DNA of 63,552 nucleotides, filler included, from Octopus bimaculoides (taxonomy: Eukaryota), in the NCBI RefSeq assembly GCF_001194135.2. It is 5 parts of 4 records of this genome, joined end to end, with 100 filler letters (N's around TTAATTAATTAA, not from the genome) between each part and the next. Parts side by side here need not be neighbours in the genome. Positions count along the whole stretch, not along the records: positions 25,555 to 42,599 come from NC_068988.1; 4 more parts are not named here. The stretch is one strand, 5' to 3'. This document shows positions 25,587 to 39,950 of this stretch, one piece after another (within the stretch, counting starts at the first letter, position 1; each line of letters opens with the position of its first letter). Under the pieces are notes generated by a model. The model did not search any database. It saw nothing but the letters and a program-made list of their open reading frames with translations, and was not told the DNA's origin. The translations under genes were made by a program, and so were the position numbers.

Positions 25587-26074
25587 GTATATATGTATAC
25601 ATACATATATGAATACCTACATGCACAAGCTCTCACTCCCAATTGTCAAAAATCTAAAACCAGTTCAATCCTGTTGGCTATGATCGTACAACGTTACTAT
25701 AAGTAAGCACTGGTGCATAAGTTTCACCGTTGCACATGTGTACATATGTCTTTGTCTTAGTGCAAATGTACCTGTATGGGTTTGAGGTATGCATATATAT
25801 ACAACATATGTTGTACATTGTTCAATATAATATGATGTAATTTTTGAAACTGTTTGTATATTTTATACATGAGTATACCCTTGTGAGCTGATTCCATTGT
25901 GTTTCTCTGTGTGTGTGTGTAAGATATACACTGTGTGAATGAAAGCGTGAAGTAAATGAAAGAGAAGCAGTTTGTCTCAGTTCCATGTTTAGATTTTCTT
26001 GGATGTAGAACATGTACACGTCATCAGATGTCTGGAGAGAGAGTGAAAAATAGACAGACAGCAAATGAGAGAGA

Positions 26075-26132
<58 letters not shown>

Positions 26133-26420
26133 CTTAAATAGATATAATCACACAGATACAAACATTCAAATATACCGCCACTATCACTTAATGTCCCTTG
26201 TTCCAGGCTGGCATGGGTTATAAATCTGCCTGTCTGTCTATCTTCCTGGCTACCCATCCCTTTCTTTCTTTCTCTCTCTCTCTCTCTCTCTCCAGGGTGT
26301 CCGCAATGTCTGGGTACATGGGGGTTAACACATACTTTGAGGAATTATTATTTTGTATATTTAATTGTTTATGTCATGATTTTTATTTACTCCATGTACC
26401 CAGACCTTGTGGACACCCTG

Positions 26421-26485
<65 letters not shown>

Positions 26486-26773
26486 GGATAAATAGATAGA
26501 TAGATCGATAGATAGATAGGTATTGATGTCATGTATATACTATGTATATACATTGTTGACAGTGACTTGAAAGATTCAGCTGATTAAGCCATCATTAAGT
26601 TGCTGATGACAGCTTACCTGTTCGAAACTTCAAAGTCACTATCAACGATATTCTTGTTTCAGAATAAACTCATACACTACAAAACTATAGAAAAACGCCA
26701 GAGATTGATGTAAAATTGTTTTTATTATAACTAAATATAAAAATAAACGTTAACATACATATATAAATGTGTA

Positions 26774-26820
<47 letters not shown>

Positions 26821-29451
26821 NNNNNNNNNNNNNNNNNNNNNNNNNNNNNNNNNNNNNNNNNNNNNNNNNNNNNNNNNNNNNNNNNNNNNNNNNNNNNNNN
26901 NNNNNNNNNNNNNNNNNNNNNNNNNNNNNNNNNNNNNNNNNNNNNNNNNNNNNNNNNNNNNNNNNNNNNNNNNNNNNNNNNNNNNNNNNNNNNNNNNNNN
27001 NNNNNNNNNNNNNNNNNNNNNNNNNNNNNNNNNNNNNNNNNNNNNNNNNNNNNNNNNNNNNNNNNNNNNNNNNNNNNNNNNNNNNNNNNNNNNNNNNNNN
27101 NNNNNNNNNNNNNNNNNNNNNNNNNNNNNNNNNNNNNNNNNNNNNNNNNNNNNNNNNNNNNNNNNNNNNNNNNNNNNNNNNNNNNNNNNNNNNNNNNNNN
27201 NNNNNNNNNNNNNNNNNNNNNNNNNNNNNNNNNNNNNNNNNNNNNNNNNNNNNNNNNNNNNNNNNNNNNNNNNNNNNNNNNNNNNNNNNNNNNNNNNNNN
27301 NNNNNNNNNNNNNNNNNNNNNNNNNNNNNNNNNNNNNNNNNNNNNNNNNNNNNNNNNNNNNNNNNNNNNNNNNNNNNNNNNNNNNNNNNNNNNNNNNNNN
27401 NNNNNNNNNNNNNNNNNNNNNNNNNNNNNNNNNNNNNNNNNNNNNNNNNNNNNNNNNNNNNNNNNNNNNNNNNNNNNNNNNNNNNNNNNNNNNNNNNNNN
27501 NNNNNNNNNNNNNNNNNNNNNNNNNNNNNNNNNNNNNNNNNNNNNNNNNNNNNNNNNNNNNNATATATATATATATAGTAGAAAACGCATATTCAAGGTG
27601 TCATGCAGTGGGACTGAACCCGGAACCATGTGGATGGGAAGGAGATTTCTTACAACATTGCCACAGCTGTACTTATAGACTATGCCTATACCTATGGTCT
27701 TTGTAAAACACAGAAAACAGGAATCGTATTCTATGCTTTATAAAACAAATACGTATTTTGGCAAATTACTGTTGTTGAAACATTACATAATCTTGTGAAG
27801 ACACCTCATCAGTATTCAGCATGAAATACAATGACAGGTGTTAAATGCTCAATATACATTCCCATTATGCAAATTGTAAACAAAATTGCCAGTGACACAA
27901 TGCAGTAGGAGACAAGCCTCTCCTGAGCTTGATGGCTGGAAAGGATGAATTTATTCTCAAAGCAGAGATTAGGCTCAAATGCTTATAACAGAGTTAACCA
28001 GAGCCAGCCAAGTATCTGACTGTGGTGTTAAAATAGGTGATAGATTATGTCTGCCACATAAGGAAGCCATGACTGCATTTGAACTCAGGGTGTAAAGTGC
28101 CAAAATGAATATCAATACACATCCCATCTAAATGTATTTACCATTGTGCTAATCCACTGCCCTGGATTAGTAGAATTATAAACAGAAAGCTACTTCCTTT
28201 TATTGGTTTCAAATTTTGGCACAAGGTCAGCAATTTTAAGGGAGAGGTTAAGTCGATTACATGGACCCCGTTGCTCACCCTGAAAGAATGAAAGATTAAT
28301 TTGACCAGCATGCTAACCATTCTGCCAGCTTTGCTGCCTTGTTACTTTTAGTGACACAGGCACCACTGTGTGATAAGAAGCTTGCTTCCCAACCACATGG
28401 TTCTGGGTTCAGTCCCACTGTGTGGCACCTTGGAAAGTGTCTTCTACTATTGTTCTGGCCCAACCAAAACCTTGTGAATGGATTTGAGAGGTGGAAACTG
28501 AAAGAAGCCCATCGTATATATATATATATATATNNNNNNNNNNNNNNNNNNNNNNNNNNNNNNNNNNNNNNNNNNNNNNNNNNNNNNNNNNNNNNNNNNN
28601 NNNNNNNNNNNNNNNNNNNNNNNNNNNNNNNNNNNNNNNNNNNNNNNNNNNNNNNNNNNNNNNNNNNNNNNNNNNNNNNNNNNNNNNNNNNNNNNNNNNN
28701 NNNNNNNNNNNNNNNNNNNNNNNNNNNNNNNNNNNNNNNNNNNNNNNNNNNNNNNNNNNNNNNNNNNNNNNNNNNNNNNNNNNNNNNNNNNNNNNNNNNN
28801 NNNNNNNNNNNNNNNNNNNNNNNNNNNNNNNNNNNNNNNNNNNNNNNNNNNNNNNNNNNNNNNNNNNNNNNNNNNNNNNNNNNNNNNNNNNNNNNNNNNN
28901 NNNNNNNNNNNNNNNNNNNNNNNNNNNNNNNNNNNNNNNNNNNNNNNNNNNNNNNNNNNNNNNNNNNNNNNNNNNNNNNNNNNNNNNNNNNNNNNNNNNN
29001 NNNNNNNNNNNNNNNNNNNNNNNNNNNNNNNNNNNNNNNNNNNNNNNNNNNNNNNNNNNNNNNNNNNNNNNNNNNNNNNNNNNNNNNNNNNNNNNGTAAC
29101 AATTCTGCCATGCTGTGTTTTGGATACTGCTCACAGTGATGAAGGTGGTGGTGATGGTGGTGGTGGTGGTGGGCAAGTGGGTGTTGTTTAGGTGATGGTG
29201 GTGGATGCACTGCTGCTGATGAAGATGGTGGTGGCAGTGAGCAGGTGGTGGTGGTGGTTTGGGTGATAGTGGTGGATGTGCTGCTGCTACTGATGATGAT
29301 GATGAAGATGATGTTAGTGGTGGTCGCAGAGTGCGACGGTGGCAGATGTGCTGATGATGATGGTGATGGTGATGATCATGATGGCAACATTAACAATAAC
29401 AATAGTACAGACTGCAATATAATAAGACAACAACAAAATAAGAAATAGTTG

Positions 29452-29454
<3 letters not shown>

Positions 29455-29490
<36 letters not shown>

Positions 29491-29608
29491 AAACTTTTTA
29501 AAATAATAATGATGATAATAATAATAATAATAATAATGAAAACTTTTTAAAATAATAATGATGATAATAATAATAGTAATAATGAAAACTTTTGATAATA
29601 ATAATAGC

Positions 29609-29655
<47 letters not shown>
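29455..29655. repeat. (AAT)n-derived minisatellite (about 48-bp unit containing gaaaactttttaaa)
   Basis: gaaaactttt occurs three times, separated by AAT/GAT triplets. Confidence 0.85.
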
Positions 29656-29656
<1 letters not shown>

Positions 29657-29858
29657 TGCCAGAGTGTTCCCTGTAGAAAGCAACCAAAGTGACACTGATG
29701 GATTGGACCCATTTGGTAATATCTTATCAATTTCATGCAGTTTTTAGTAGGTTCAGTTCCAAAGACTATCTAGTTGGAACTGGATTGGTTTGGTTAGTGT
29801 TTATAGTAGAGACACATTGTGAAGTAGTACAAGACAGGAAAGTACTGGAAGAGGTGTG

Positions 29859-29919
<61 letters not shown>

Positions 29920-30450
29920 GAAAGTGACTGAATACAGAAGACAAAGTAGAATATATCATCATCATCTCATGTCTGCATTCTTGTCTACTCTAGGCACAAG
30001 ACCTGAAATTTGGGGGGAAGGGGACAGTCAATTAGACTAACCACAACAGCCATGCCCGCATCTACTGTATATGTATATATATATATCATCATAATCATCG
30101 TTTAACGTCCGCCTTCCAGGCTAGCATGGGTTGGACGATTAGACTGAGGACTGGTGAACCGGATGGCTGCACCAGGCTCCAATCTGGTCTGGCAGAGTTT
30201 CTACAGCTGGATATATGCACTTAACTTTAAATTATATTACTGGTTGAAATGACAGTAGGATCAACCAGAGGACTTGTTGATATAATCATCTGAGGAAGTG
30301 CATTTGACACCTTGGATGTGTGATAATGATTATACATTTCACTAATGTACTACAGGTGTAAAAATGTATTGAAACAATTGTAGTGATTTTAAATAAATGT
30401 TGTCCATTCCCTTTTGTATCATTTATATATATATATATATATATATATAT

Positions 30451-30487
<37 letters not shown>

Positions 30488-30659
30488 GGCATAGATAAAG
30501 TACAGATTTTGCTTTATCTATTGTTTTCCTTCATGTTTCTGTTTGTGATAGAGGTACACAACCTGTATTCTGTCTGTGTGAAGCAAGCTAGTTGAAGCAG
30601 TGTAAATACATGCCAATACAATGCAATTGTAAGTTCTTCAGTTATGGTCACTTAACCAT

Positions 30660-30890
30660 GTGTTGTTTGAAGTTTCTTTTGGATGGTAGACCTGGGTGTT
30701 GGTAGAGTTATCCATTGTTTGATGTAACACCATCACCTGGTCAACAAGATTTTATGTGGACCCCTCTCTGGGTGAGGGCATTTATGCTAGACCTCCTATT
30801 TGAGGTTAGCTCTGTGTTGAGGCCCAACGTCCTGCATCAGCAATGCATGATTGGGAAGTTCTGTTGCTCCTTGTTCACATCAGTGTGAGT
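30660..30890 (+). mobile_element. Degenerate RTE-like LINE 3' end (putative)
   Basis: Frameshifted remnants HHLVNKI..WTP..RP..ASAMHDWEVL resemble RTE C-termini (LLWxP..GRP..AMxDRxxW). Confidence 0.35.
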
Positions 30891-31505
30891 GAGCAAAGCT
30901 AAAAAAATAATTCTATGGATGTTGTTATTCCTACTCTTTGATTAAGACATAAAAAGAGCAAACACACACACACACACAAAAAAAAAGAAAAATAACTTTA
31001 AAGATAAATTCCAATTTAAATGTCAAGTATATTGAAGATCGAAGCAGTGAAATACCATTTTCAAAGATATGAGTTAGATATTCCTTTGCAAGTTGTGCAA
31101 TACATGTCTGTGTTGCATAACCAATGATTAGTTGCTCTCAACTAATGTTATGTATGTGGGGGTGTTTTTTAAGGCTACGTAAAGTGCTTCAAGTCAAGTG
31201 CTGTACACTGAGTTTTAATTGGAGGTACTTAACTTTAAATGATTAATGGAAAAGTAAAAAAAATAAATAAATAAATAAAACAAAAAAAAATTCAGAAAAA
31301 TACGAATAGAACAAAACGGAAGAATTGAAAATGTATGTTTTAAAAAACAAAAAAATTAAGAATGAGGTAAATAAGTAAAATATGAAAAGATTTAGCATAA
31401 AAATTAACAAATGTTTGGCATTTTTATTTGTGAGTGTATACATACAAAGATGTACACATACATAAACATGCAAATATATATATATATATGAGTGTGTGTG
31501 TGTGT

Positions 31506-31577
<72 letters not shown>

Positions 31578-31778
31578 TTCTCTATAAATGTATGGTAATT
31601 ATATATGTACATGTATACATATATATATATAGCTATGTATTATACATATGTATACATAATTATAGATATATATATATATTAAATATATTTATTGATATAT
31701 GATTATGTATGTATACATATGTATATATTTCTCCACTCGTTTCCCCTCTCCCTCACCTTTTCTCTTCCTGTCCCCCAC

Positions 31779-31872
<94 letters not shown>

Positions 31873-32997
31873 AATCCCACATCAGCTGCGCTATGAAACC
31901 CACTCACAAAACACTTGTAATACTTAAGTTTCGCAAGTGGTATATTTGTTGCATTCATTTGTCTAACGATTATTTGCATCATATATCTGAAGTACGAAAC
32001 TGAAAATTATGATCTCTTAAGCCGTAATGGTTTGCTTCAATAAATATTTTAACTCCACTAGATTAGTGACTATTACCAATTCTATGTATATGACTAAATA
32101 ATTTTGTATCCCGAGAGGAGGTCTCTGGGAAAGGAATGTCCTGGTTGACCCACCTATAAATGTGAAAATGAGGATAATTATATTTGTACTGTAAGGGAAA
32201 CATATATATATATGTATATATATATAATAATATTAGGGATAAAAATCCAAATTTACAGGTAAAAACTCAATTAAATTCAATTTATCAAAAACTAAAATTA
32301 AATTAAGTAAACTATATATATATATATATATATATATCACAGTAGCCTGGGGTAGTCTTCTACCTGGCCGGCTCCTGTCAAACAATCCGACCAACGCGAA
32401 GCATGGAAGATGGATGTTAAATAATGATGTTGATGATGATGATGATGATGATGATGACGATGACAAGCATCTTCATCATCATCAACATCCAATGTCCCCT
32501 TTTTCCATACCTGTACAAGTCGAATATAATTTATTGCAGCAGATTTCCTACAGCTGGGATGCTTTTCCTGTTGCCAACACTCATCCTTTTCCGAGCAAGG
32601 TAATACTTCTTTCATGCCAGATATGTTCTACACAGAAGTTTGGAAATGGAGACCTCCACACCACCCCACACCACCCCAGAATGGAGGATATTACATTTTA
32701 GTCTTAGTTTTTCTTTCGAGAAAAGTCCGAAGAAAACTGGGAATTGATGAGAGAGAAAATAAAGTGAGCCAGAAGAAAATATTTGTTCTTGGGATCCAAT
32801 CCAATCAGGTGTTTGACATCTGACTGACCAGAAGTGGAAGAGGATGATTGTTGTTTTAATAACAATTGCATGATACAGGAGAGTGTGTGTGGGTGTGGTG
32901 TATGGCTAGTGGTGTGTATATGTTGACTACATTTGTATGTGTGTACATATGTAATATATATAGACAGATAATTGTGTATGTAGTATATATATGAGTG

Positions 32998-33055
<58 letters not shown>

Positions 33056-36000
33056 TATACATACACACATACATATATATCTGTCTATTTATATATTACA
33101 TACACATACACACATATATATGTAGTATACATATATGTGTGTGTATATATGTATGTATATATATATATGTGTGTGTGTGTGTGTATATATACACCTGTGT
33201 GTGTGTGTGAGAGTGAAGCTATAGGAAGGTGAGTGGTGAGTTGAGGCCAAAGGGGATGTGGATTCAGAGACAAGAGACAAATTTTTGTTCTCTGCAAAGA
33301 TTACCGTTCATGAATCTGTTGTATAACACCCAAGCTAAACATTGTATTGGGTAGAGTGGTCTGCTGAGCAAAAAATTATGAGAAACAGGTATGTATATTA
33401 TATTAGAAAGTGAGAGTTAGTGAATAAGATATTACTGTGATAATGTTCCGTTCCACCGCTATCTGGCTGTGTTTCTTCAGAGATATTTCCTAGATGTAAA
33501 CTGATCAAATAAAGCATTAAATCAACTGTCTGTTAATGGCTGTTCTATTCTATCTTTATTGTGGGTCAGGTTGTCCTAAGGTTTTAGATGAAGACACAGA
33601 TTCCATTAGAAAGACAGCCAGGAAATTAGTTAACAGCGTCTTGACTGCTATAGTGATTGATTACAATTCAGAGAGGCTTTGTAACTGCTCCACCATATAT
33701 AACATATTGCTTCACTTCTTACCAATGAAGGAACCTGTATGTGGTTAATTGACTTGCTAGAAATAGAAGCCAAATTATGTCCTGCTGTTCTAAAGAGTCA
33801 AGTAACACCTGATGGTCGTGTCTGAAGTACCTTAACCCTTAGGGTGACAGACCATGGATAACTAGAATTTGATTTCTTTAGCAAAGACTCACTCACCTAT
33901 ATACACTATGAACCCTTACCCAAGGGTCTCTAAATACCAAACCATGGACCAGCACTGGGCCCTGGGGGCATTTCGCACCAGGTTGTACAGAAAGAATAAG
34001 CTTTTAAAAATATATTTCCATTTTAATGACTATTGCAACCAGAAGAGTGTTTCTGCATTATATATGTATCTGTTTTACACAGAATATATCATCATCATCA
34101 TCATCGTCATCATCTGGCATTTGCTTTGCATGCTGGCATGGGTTAGACCAGAATTTCTCAACCTTTGTTACCTTTGTGTAACCCTTAAAATAAATTACAT
34201 GTCTCAATGAACCCCTGCAAAATGTAAATTTTGAAACTTGGGACTCAGAGTTCCAAAGTAAACTTCTTGGCCTTGTACCTAATGGATGATGTATATTTAT
34301 CGTCAAACACACAAAAACAGTAGGCTTCCGTACAATTTCCTTCTGCCATATTTAGCACACAAGTCATTGGTCACCTCAAGGCTATAGCAGCAGACACTTT
34401 GCTCCAGGTGCCATGCACTGGAACTGAACTTGAACCACTTTGCTGGAAAGTAATTTTTTAATCACACACACACGTGTGTGTATGTGTGTGTGTGGATGTG
34501 TGGTTAAGAAACTTGCTTGCCAACCATGTGGTCATGAGTTCAGTTCCACTTCATGACATTTTAGGTAAGTTTCTTCTATTAAAGATCCAGCCTAATCAAA
34601 GCCTTGCAAGTGGATTTGGTTCATGGAAACTGAAAGAAGCCCTCCCTCCATCATCTTTATGTATATAACATCATTATCATCATCATGATCATTATTTAAT
34701 ATCTGTTTTCCATGCTGCCCTGGGTTGGATGGTTTGACTGGAATTGGCAAGTCAAAAGACAGCACCAAGTACATTTGTGTGTGTGTGAGTGTGTGTGTGT
34801 GTGTATATTCACATGTGTGTTTGTTTTTGTGTATACCCTTGTCTGAGTGTCATGTGACAGTTTCAATTGAGCTTCATTGTCATACAAGCAGCAGAGTCGT
34901 TCATTTGCATAGTACGTGTTTAGTCTTAAGGAAATATTACTTTGCTTGATAAGCAGGTGAACGTTGGTGACGGGAAAGGCATCCCACCGTAGAAAATGTA
35001 CCTTGACAAATTCCGTCTGACCCAATCAAGCACAGAAAAGTCAATGTCAAATGATGATGAATGTATATGCGTGTAGATGTGGGTGTATACATCTGTATAA
35101 TTGTGTATAGACATTCACTGCTCTAAGCCAACCTACTTTAGATTTCTGACTCTGGAAGAAAATCGATAAATTCTTGAGAATATATTGATTATTTTAATAA
35201 GAGATCTTTATTTTTTTTCATTTCAAATCACACTAAATCACTTATTTTATTATATTTATTTAATTTTGCTTTAATTTGTTACCCAAATTAACCTTGTGCG
35301 TGATTATTGTTTGTGATGCGGTTTTTATAAGTGTTTGTGATGTCGTTTTTATTATAGTCGTATATTAGTTCATTTTCTTGGAACATAATTATCATGTTTT
35401 CTTCTGGCTTTTAATTAAATTGATAAATAGAGTTTAGTTACTGCAGACATTCTTGTGTGATGTCACATACACGCATCGATGTAGCCAAGCAATATCAACT
35501 GATAAGAGTACAGCAGATGAGATGATGTGGGATACATGTTGAATACCAGAGATGAAAGCCGGAGACATGAACTAGATAGATGACTTCTGTATAAGCCATT
35601 GTTCTGTTTAACCCCGAGTTATTTCTGTGTGGTTAGACTTGCGCAGTTTAACATAATGCAACTGCAACCATGCTGCCTTCATCTCTGAAGAAGGTAAATT
35701 GTGTGGATTTTGAGGGAGATTTTGCTGCTATTTCTAGCAAGCATACTGACTGGCTTACATAGTGAATCCCTTCTTGACCTGTGATTTGTTGTTGTATGTA
35801 GATGTTGTGTGAATATAGATAATTTGTGTGGTTGTTTTATATTTTGCTTGTTTCAGTCATTGGACTGCAGCCATGCTGGAGCACCTCCTTGACATTTTTA
35901 TTTTTATTTTTACTTGAACAAATCGACCCCCCCCCCACCTAGTACTTGGTTTTTAAATCCGATATGTATTTTATCAGACAATTTTGCTGAACTCCTGGGT

Positions 36001-36089
36001 TTGGCGATGTAAACAAACCAACATCAGCTGTCAGGAGAGGAACAAACACAGGTACACTCACAATATATATATATATTATATATTTAGAG

Positions 36090-36305
36090 AGGTCGTTGAC
36101 AGTGCCACTGGACTGGCTCCTTTGCAGGTGGCACGTAAAAGCACCCACTATACTCTCAGAGTAGTTGGTGTTAGGAAGGGCATCCAGCTGTAGAAACTCT
36201 GCCAAATTAGATTGAAGCCTGGTGTAGCCATCTGGTTCGCCAGTCCTCAGTCAAATCGTCCAACCCATGGTAGGATGGAAAGCAGACGTTAAACGATGAT
36301 GATGA
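36090..36305 (+). mobile_element. SINE or LINE tail (family E) ending in gacgttaaacgatgatgatg
   Basis: ggtgttaggaagggcatccagctgtagaaac...gcatgg...gacgttaaa(gat)n. Related copies at about 23140-23340, 30085-30212 (-), 32340-32465, 32480-32690 (-), 34760-35060 and 41360-41470 (-). Confidence 0.75.
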
Positions 36306-37109
36306 TTTATATGCAGTTAAGTATAGAACCCGATCATAGAGTGACCGATGGTCTTGCATACATAAAGGCCTTAGCTCTTTGGTGAAACTCTAATGCCAAA
36401 GGCCATATAGCTCTTCAAACTTCAGAGGTTGGAAATTTGTTATGGTCAGTTAGTAAGTAAACAAGGAATAAACAATGATGGTTGGCGAGGACGGGTTATC
36501 TCTATTAGACCAGTTCGTCTGGGCCAAAAGGTAAACAGGGAACTCCAACCTTAAGTTGCTTTTAGCTCATAAGGACCTTTTCAGATTTAATATGAGGGGC
36601 TTGCAACAGGTAGCACTTGAAATGGATGCAGGGGTTATAAGTTTCGGGTGTCCTTTTCGAACACCACCTGCTGCAAGCACAGGATTCCCCATTCATCAAC
36701 TGGATCTGGAAAGGTCTGTATGAGCTAAAAGTAACCTAAGGGTGTATAAAATTGTTATGGATCTTTTGAGCCTCATCAGTCATGTTTCTCATGTTTCACC
36801 AGTTTCTGTTCTCTGGTAACACACTGTGCCATCTATATCCTTGTTGCAGCAATGATTTCTTTTTGAAAATGTGTTTCAAATATATGGCATCATATCTGGT
36901 TTGAATATTTTGAGTAACAGCATTAGTCTACATATAAAATATACAGCAGTATGAAACATATGAACAAAAGATGTTAGTTATGACAGAAACAGAGGACAGC
37001 ATGAGATCAGAGAAATAATATGTTTAGTCAATGGATACATAGACAAACAGATAAACAATATTGATGAGAGATGCTTATATAAAAGTCTAGTTAGTTTTAT
37101 ATATATGAA

Positions 37110-37400
37110 GGTGCATAGCTCAGTGGTTTGAGCTTTGGGCTCACAGTCATGAGGTAGTGAATTCGATTCCCAGGACAGGCTCTGTGGATTGTGTTCTTGA
37201 GCAAGACACTTTATTTTACGTTGCACCAGTTCACTCGGCTGTAGAAATGAGTTGTAATATCACTGGTGGTGTGTAAAGAGGAGGCTAGTTTGTAAGGGCA
37301 ATTGCTGGTCTTCCATAAACAGCCTTTCAAGGACTTGTGCTTCGGTGGGTAACTTTCTAGGTGCAATCCCATGGTCATTCATGACTGAAGGGGTTCTTTA
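37110..37400 (+). mobile_element. tRNA-derived SINE family B
   Basis: gcatagctcagtggtt...gaattcgattccc...cttgagcaagacactt (CORE-like)...ggtgcaatcccatggtcattcatgactgaagg. Internally deleted relative to the neighbouring copy. Confidence 0.85.
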
Positions 37401-37454
37401 CATACATACAAGTACAAATGCATATATTTGCATATATATAAATATATCTATAAT

Positions 37455-37795
37455 GTGCATGGCTCAGTGGTTATAGCCTCAGACACACAATCCTGAGGTA
37501 TTGAGTTCAATTCCCAAACCGGGCTGTGTTGTGTCCTTGAGCAAGACACTTTATTTCATGTTGTTCTAGTTCACTCAGCATTAGAAATGAGTTGCGACAT
37601 CCCTGGTGCCAAGCTGTATCAGCCTTTGTTTCTTCCTTGGACAACATCGGTGCCACGGAGAAGGGGAGGCTGGTATGCATTGGTAGCTGCTGGTCTTTCA
37701 TAAACAACTTTACCCAGAATTGTGCCTCGGAGGGTAACTTTCTGGGTGCAATCCCATGGTCATTTATGACCAAAGGGGGGGGGGGGTCTTTACTC
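37455..37795 (+). mobile_element. tRNA-derived SINE family B
   Basis: Full-length relative of the 37110 and 58945 copies, with A and B boxes. Confidence 0.85.
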
Positions 37796-39049
37796 TTTTA
37801 GTATCACATTTAATATAAAAAAATAGATTAATTTAAAAGTAGTCAGCTGGCTGGATCGTTAGCACACAAGTCAAAATGCTTAGCTGCATTTCATCCATCT
37901 GTACATTCTGAGTTCAAATTCCACCAAGGTTAACTGTGTCTTTCATCTTTTCGGGGCCAATAAAATAAACACTAGTTGAATCTTGGGGTCGATCTAATTG
38001 ATTTTGTGCTTCCCTGAAATTGCTGGCCTTGTGCTAATATTTGAAGCCAGTATTATTTGTTACAGTCACTGGGTTGTGGTCATACTGGGCACCATTTTAA
38101 AGGGTTTAGTCAAACAAATCGACTCCAGTATTTGCTTTAAAGTCTGGTACTTATTCTATCGGTCATTTTTGCTGAGCTGCTAAGTTACAGGGATGTAAAC
38201 AAACCATCCCTTGAGGGACACACATGAAGACACAAATGCACACACACACATATTCGGCTTCCACTCAGTTTCTATCTTACCAAATTCATTCGCGTGGTAT
38301 TTGACAGCCTCAAGCTACAGTAGAAGACTTTTGCACAAGGTGCCCCTTACTAGGACTGAACCTGAAACTTCATGGCTGCAAAGTAAGCTTCTTAACTGCA
38401 TAACCATGCCTGTGTAAGTGGCTGAGTATTCCAATGACATTTGTGTCCTGAATTGAATTAAATTCTCAGATTCAACACAACACTGTGAAGGAGTAAAGTT
38501 GTACTGTTGAATTCTTTCAGGTAAAAATTCATTCAATGGGCTTCAGCACAGTTTCTTATTTCTTTACTGCCCACAAGGAGCTACACACAGAGGGGACAAA
38601 CAAGGACAGACAAACCGATTAAGTCGATTATATCGACCCCAGTGCATAACTGGTACACTAGGAGAGAAGACAAAAAGCAAAATAAACTATCAAAAAAATT
38701 ACTGGATAATTCCAGATCCCGGTGCTGTATGAACATTTAATGTGGTTTTAGAGCCAAGTTCTGGCTGCTATTTCAAGCATGCTGGTATCTCTTAGATACC
38801 CTTAATTATAATTTTAATATATATATATATATATATAAATATATATATATCTGTAAATATATGTGACACTTATTCGGTAGCCATGATAAAACTCTGAGTT
38901 TTGGATGCCAGGATGGGAACCCACGCCAACATCTCTTCAGTTATCCAGCCACTGAATTCCTCTATTTACATAATATTGAGGTCTCTTTCTTTCTTTTGTT
39001 GTCCTTCCCATCAATATTTACATATATATATATATTTAGGTTGAAAGAT

Positions 39050-39704
39050 AGGTCAGAAGGTATGTACATAGATTGATGGACAAATAAATACATAGACAGA
39101 AAGACAAGTAGCTGGACAGATATAGATAAAGAGATAGATAAAGAGAGAGAGATGGATATTTAGATAGATAGATTGATAGATACACAGGTAAATAGACAAA
39201 CAGACAGGAAGACAGAAGGATGGACAGACGGATGGATGGATAGACAGACAGAAGACAGACAAATGAGCAAACAGATGGACACAGAATGATAGATTATCCG
39301 ACAGATACAGAGATAGACCTATAATAGATAGCCACATATCCAGTGAAATATGAAATAGTTCAATGGATGGATAGACAGACAAATACAAACGGACAAGTGA
39401 ATAAGCTGAAAGACATGCAGATACTGATATAGATAGAGACAGACATCTAGACAGACAAGAGAATTCAAGGAACCAGGCAGACGAACTGACTGACGGACAG
39501 ATAGGCTGACATACAAAATTACAGTGACCAGTAAATATAGATGAAATAGATCAATATCTGGGATTGATAGATAAACAGATAAATAGAAAGACAAATAGAC
39601 ATAGCATAGAGGAATGCAACAGATAGATAGGTTGAAAGGTACTCAAGGAAAATTGATGGATCGATCGATAGATAGATAGATAGATAGGTAGGTAGGCAGG
39701 CAGG

Positions 39705-39739
<35 letters not shown>

Positions 39740-39838
39740 GTAGGTAGGTAAATAGATTGATTGATAGACAGAAAGATAGATAGATAGATAGGTAGGTAGG
39801 TAGACAAACTGTTAAAACAGACTGATAACCTGATGGGG

Positions 39839-39877
<39 letters not shown>

Positions 39878-39885
39878 AAGATAGG

Positions 39886-39929
<44 letters not shown>

Positions 39930-39950
39930 TAGATAGATAGATTTAAGCAT
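39050..39950. repeat. Long degenerate (GATA/GACA/GGTA)n array
   Basis: Directly visible. An opposite-strand (TATC)n array lies at 40720-41030. Confidence 0.95.

Noticed and set aside
33536-33748. Plausible-looking ORF CPKVLDEDTDSIRKTARKLV...
   Set aside because: Weak acceptor, no clear donor and no recognisable motif.
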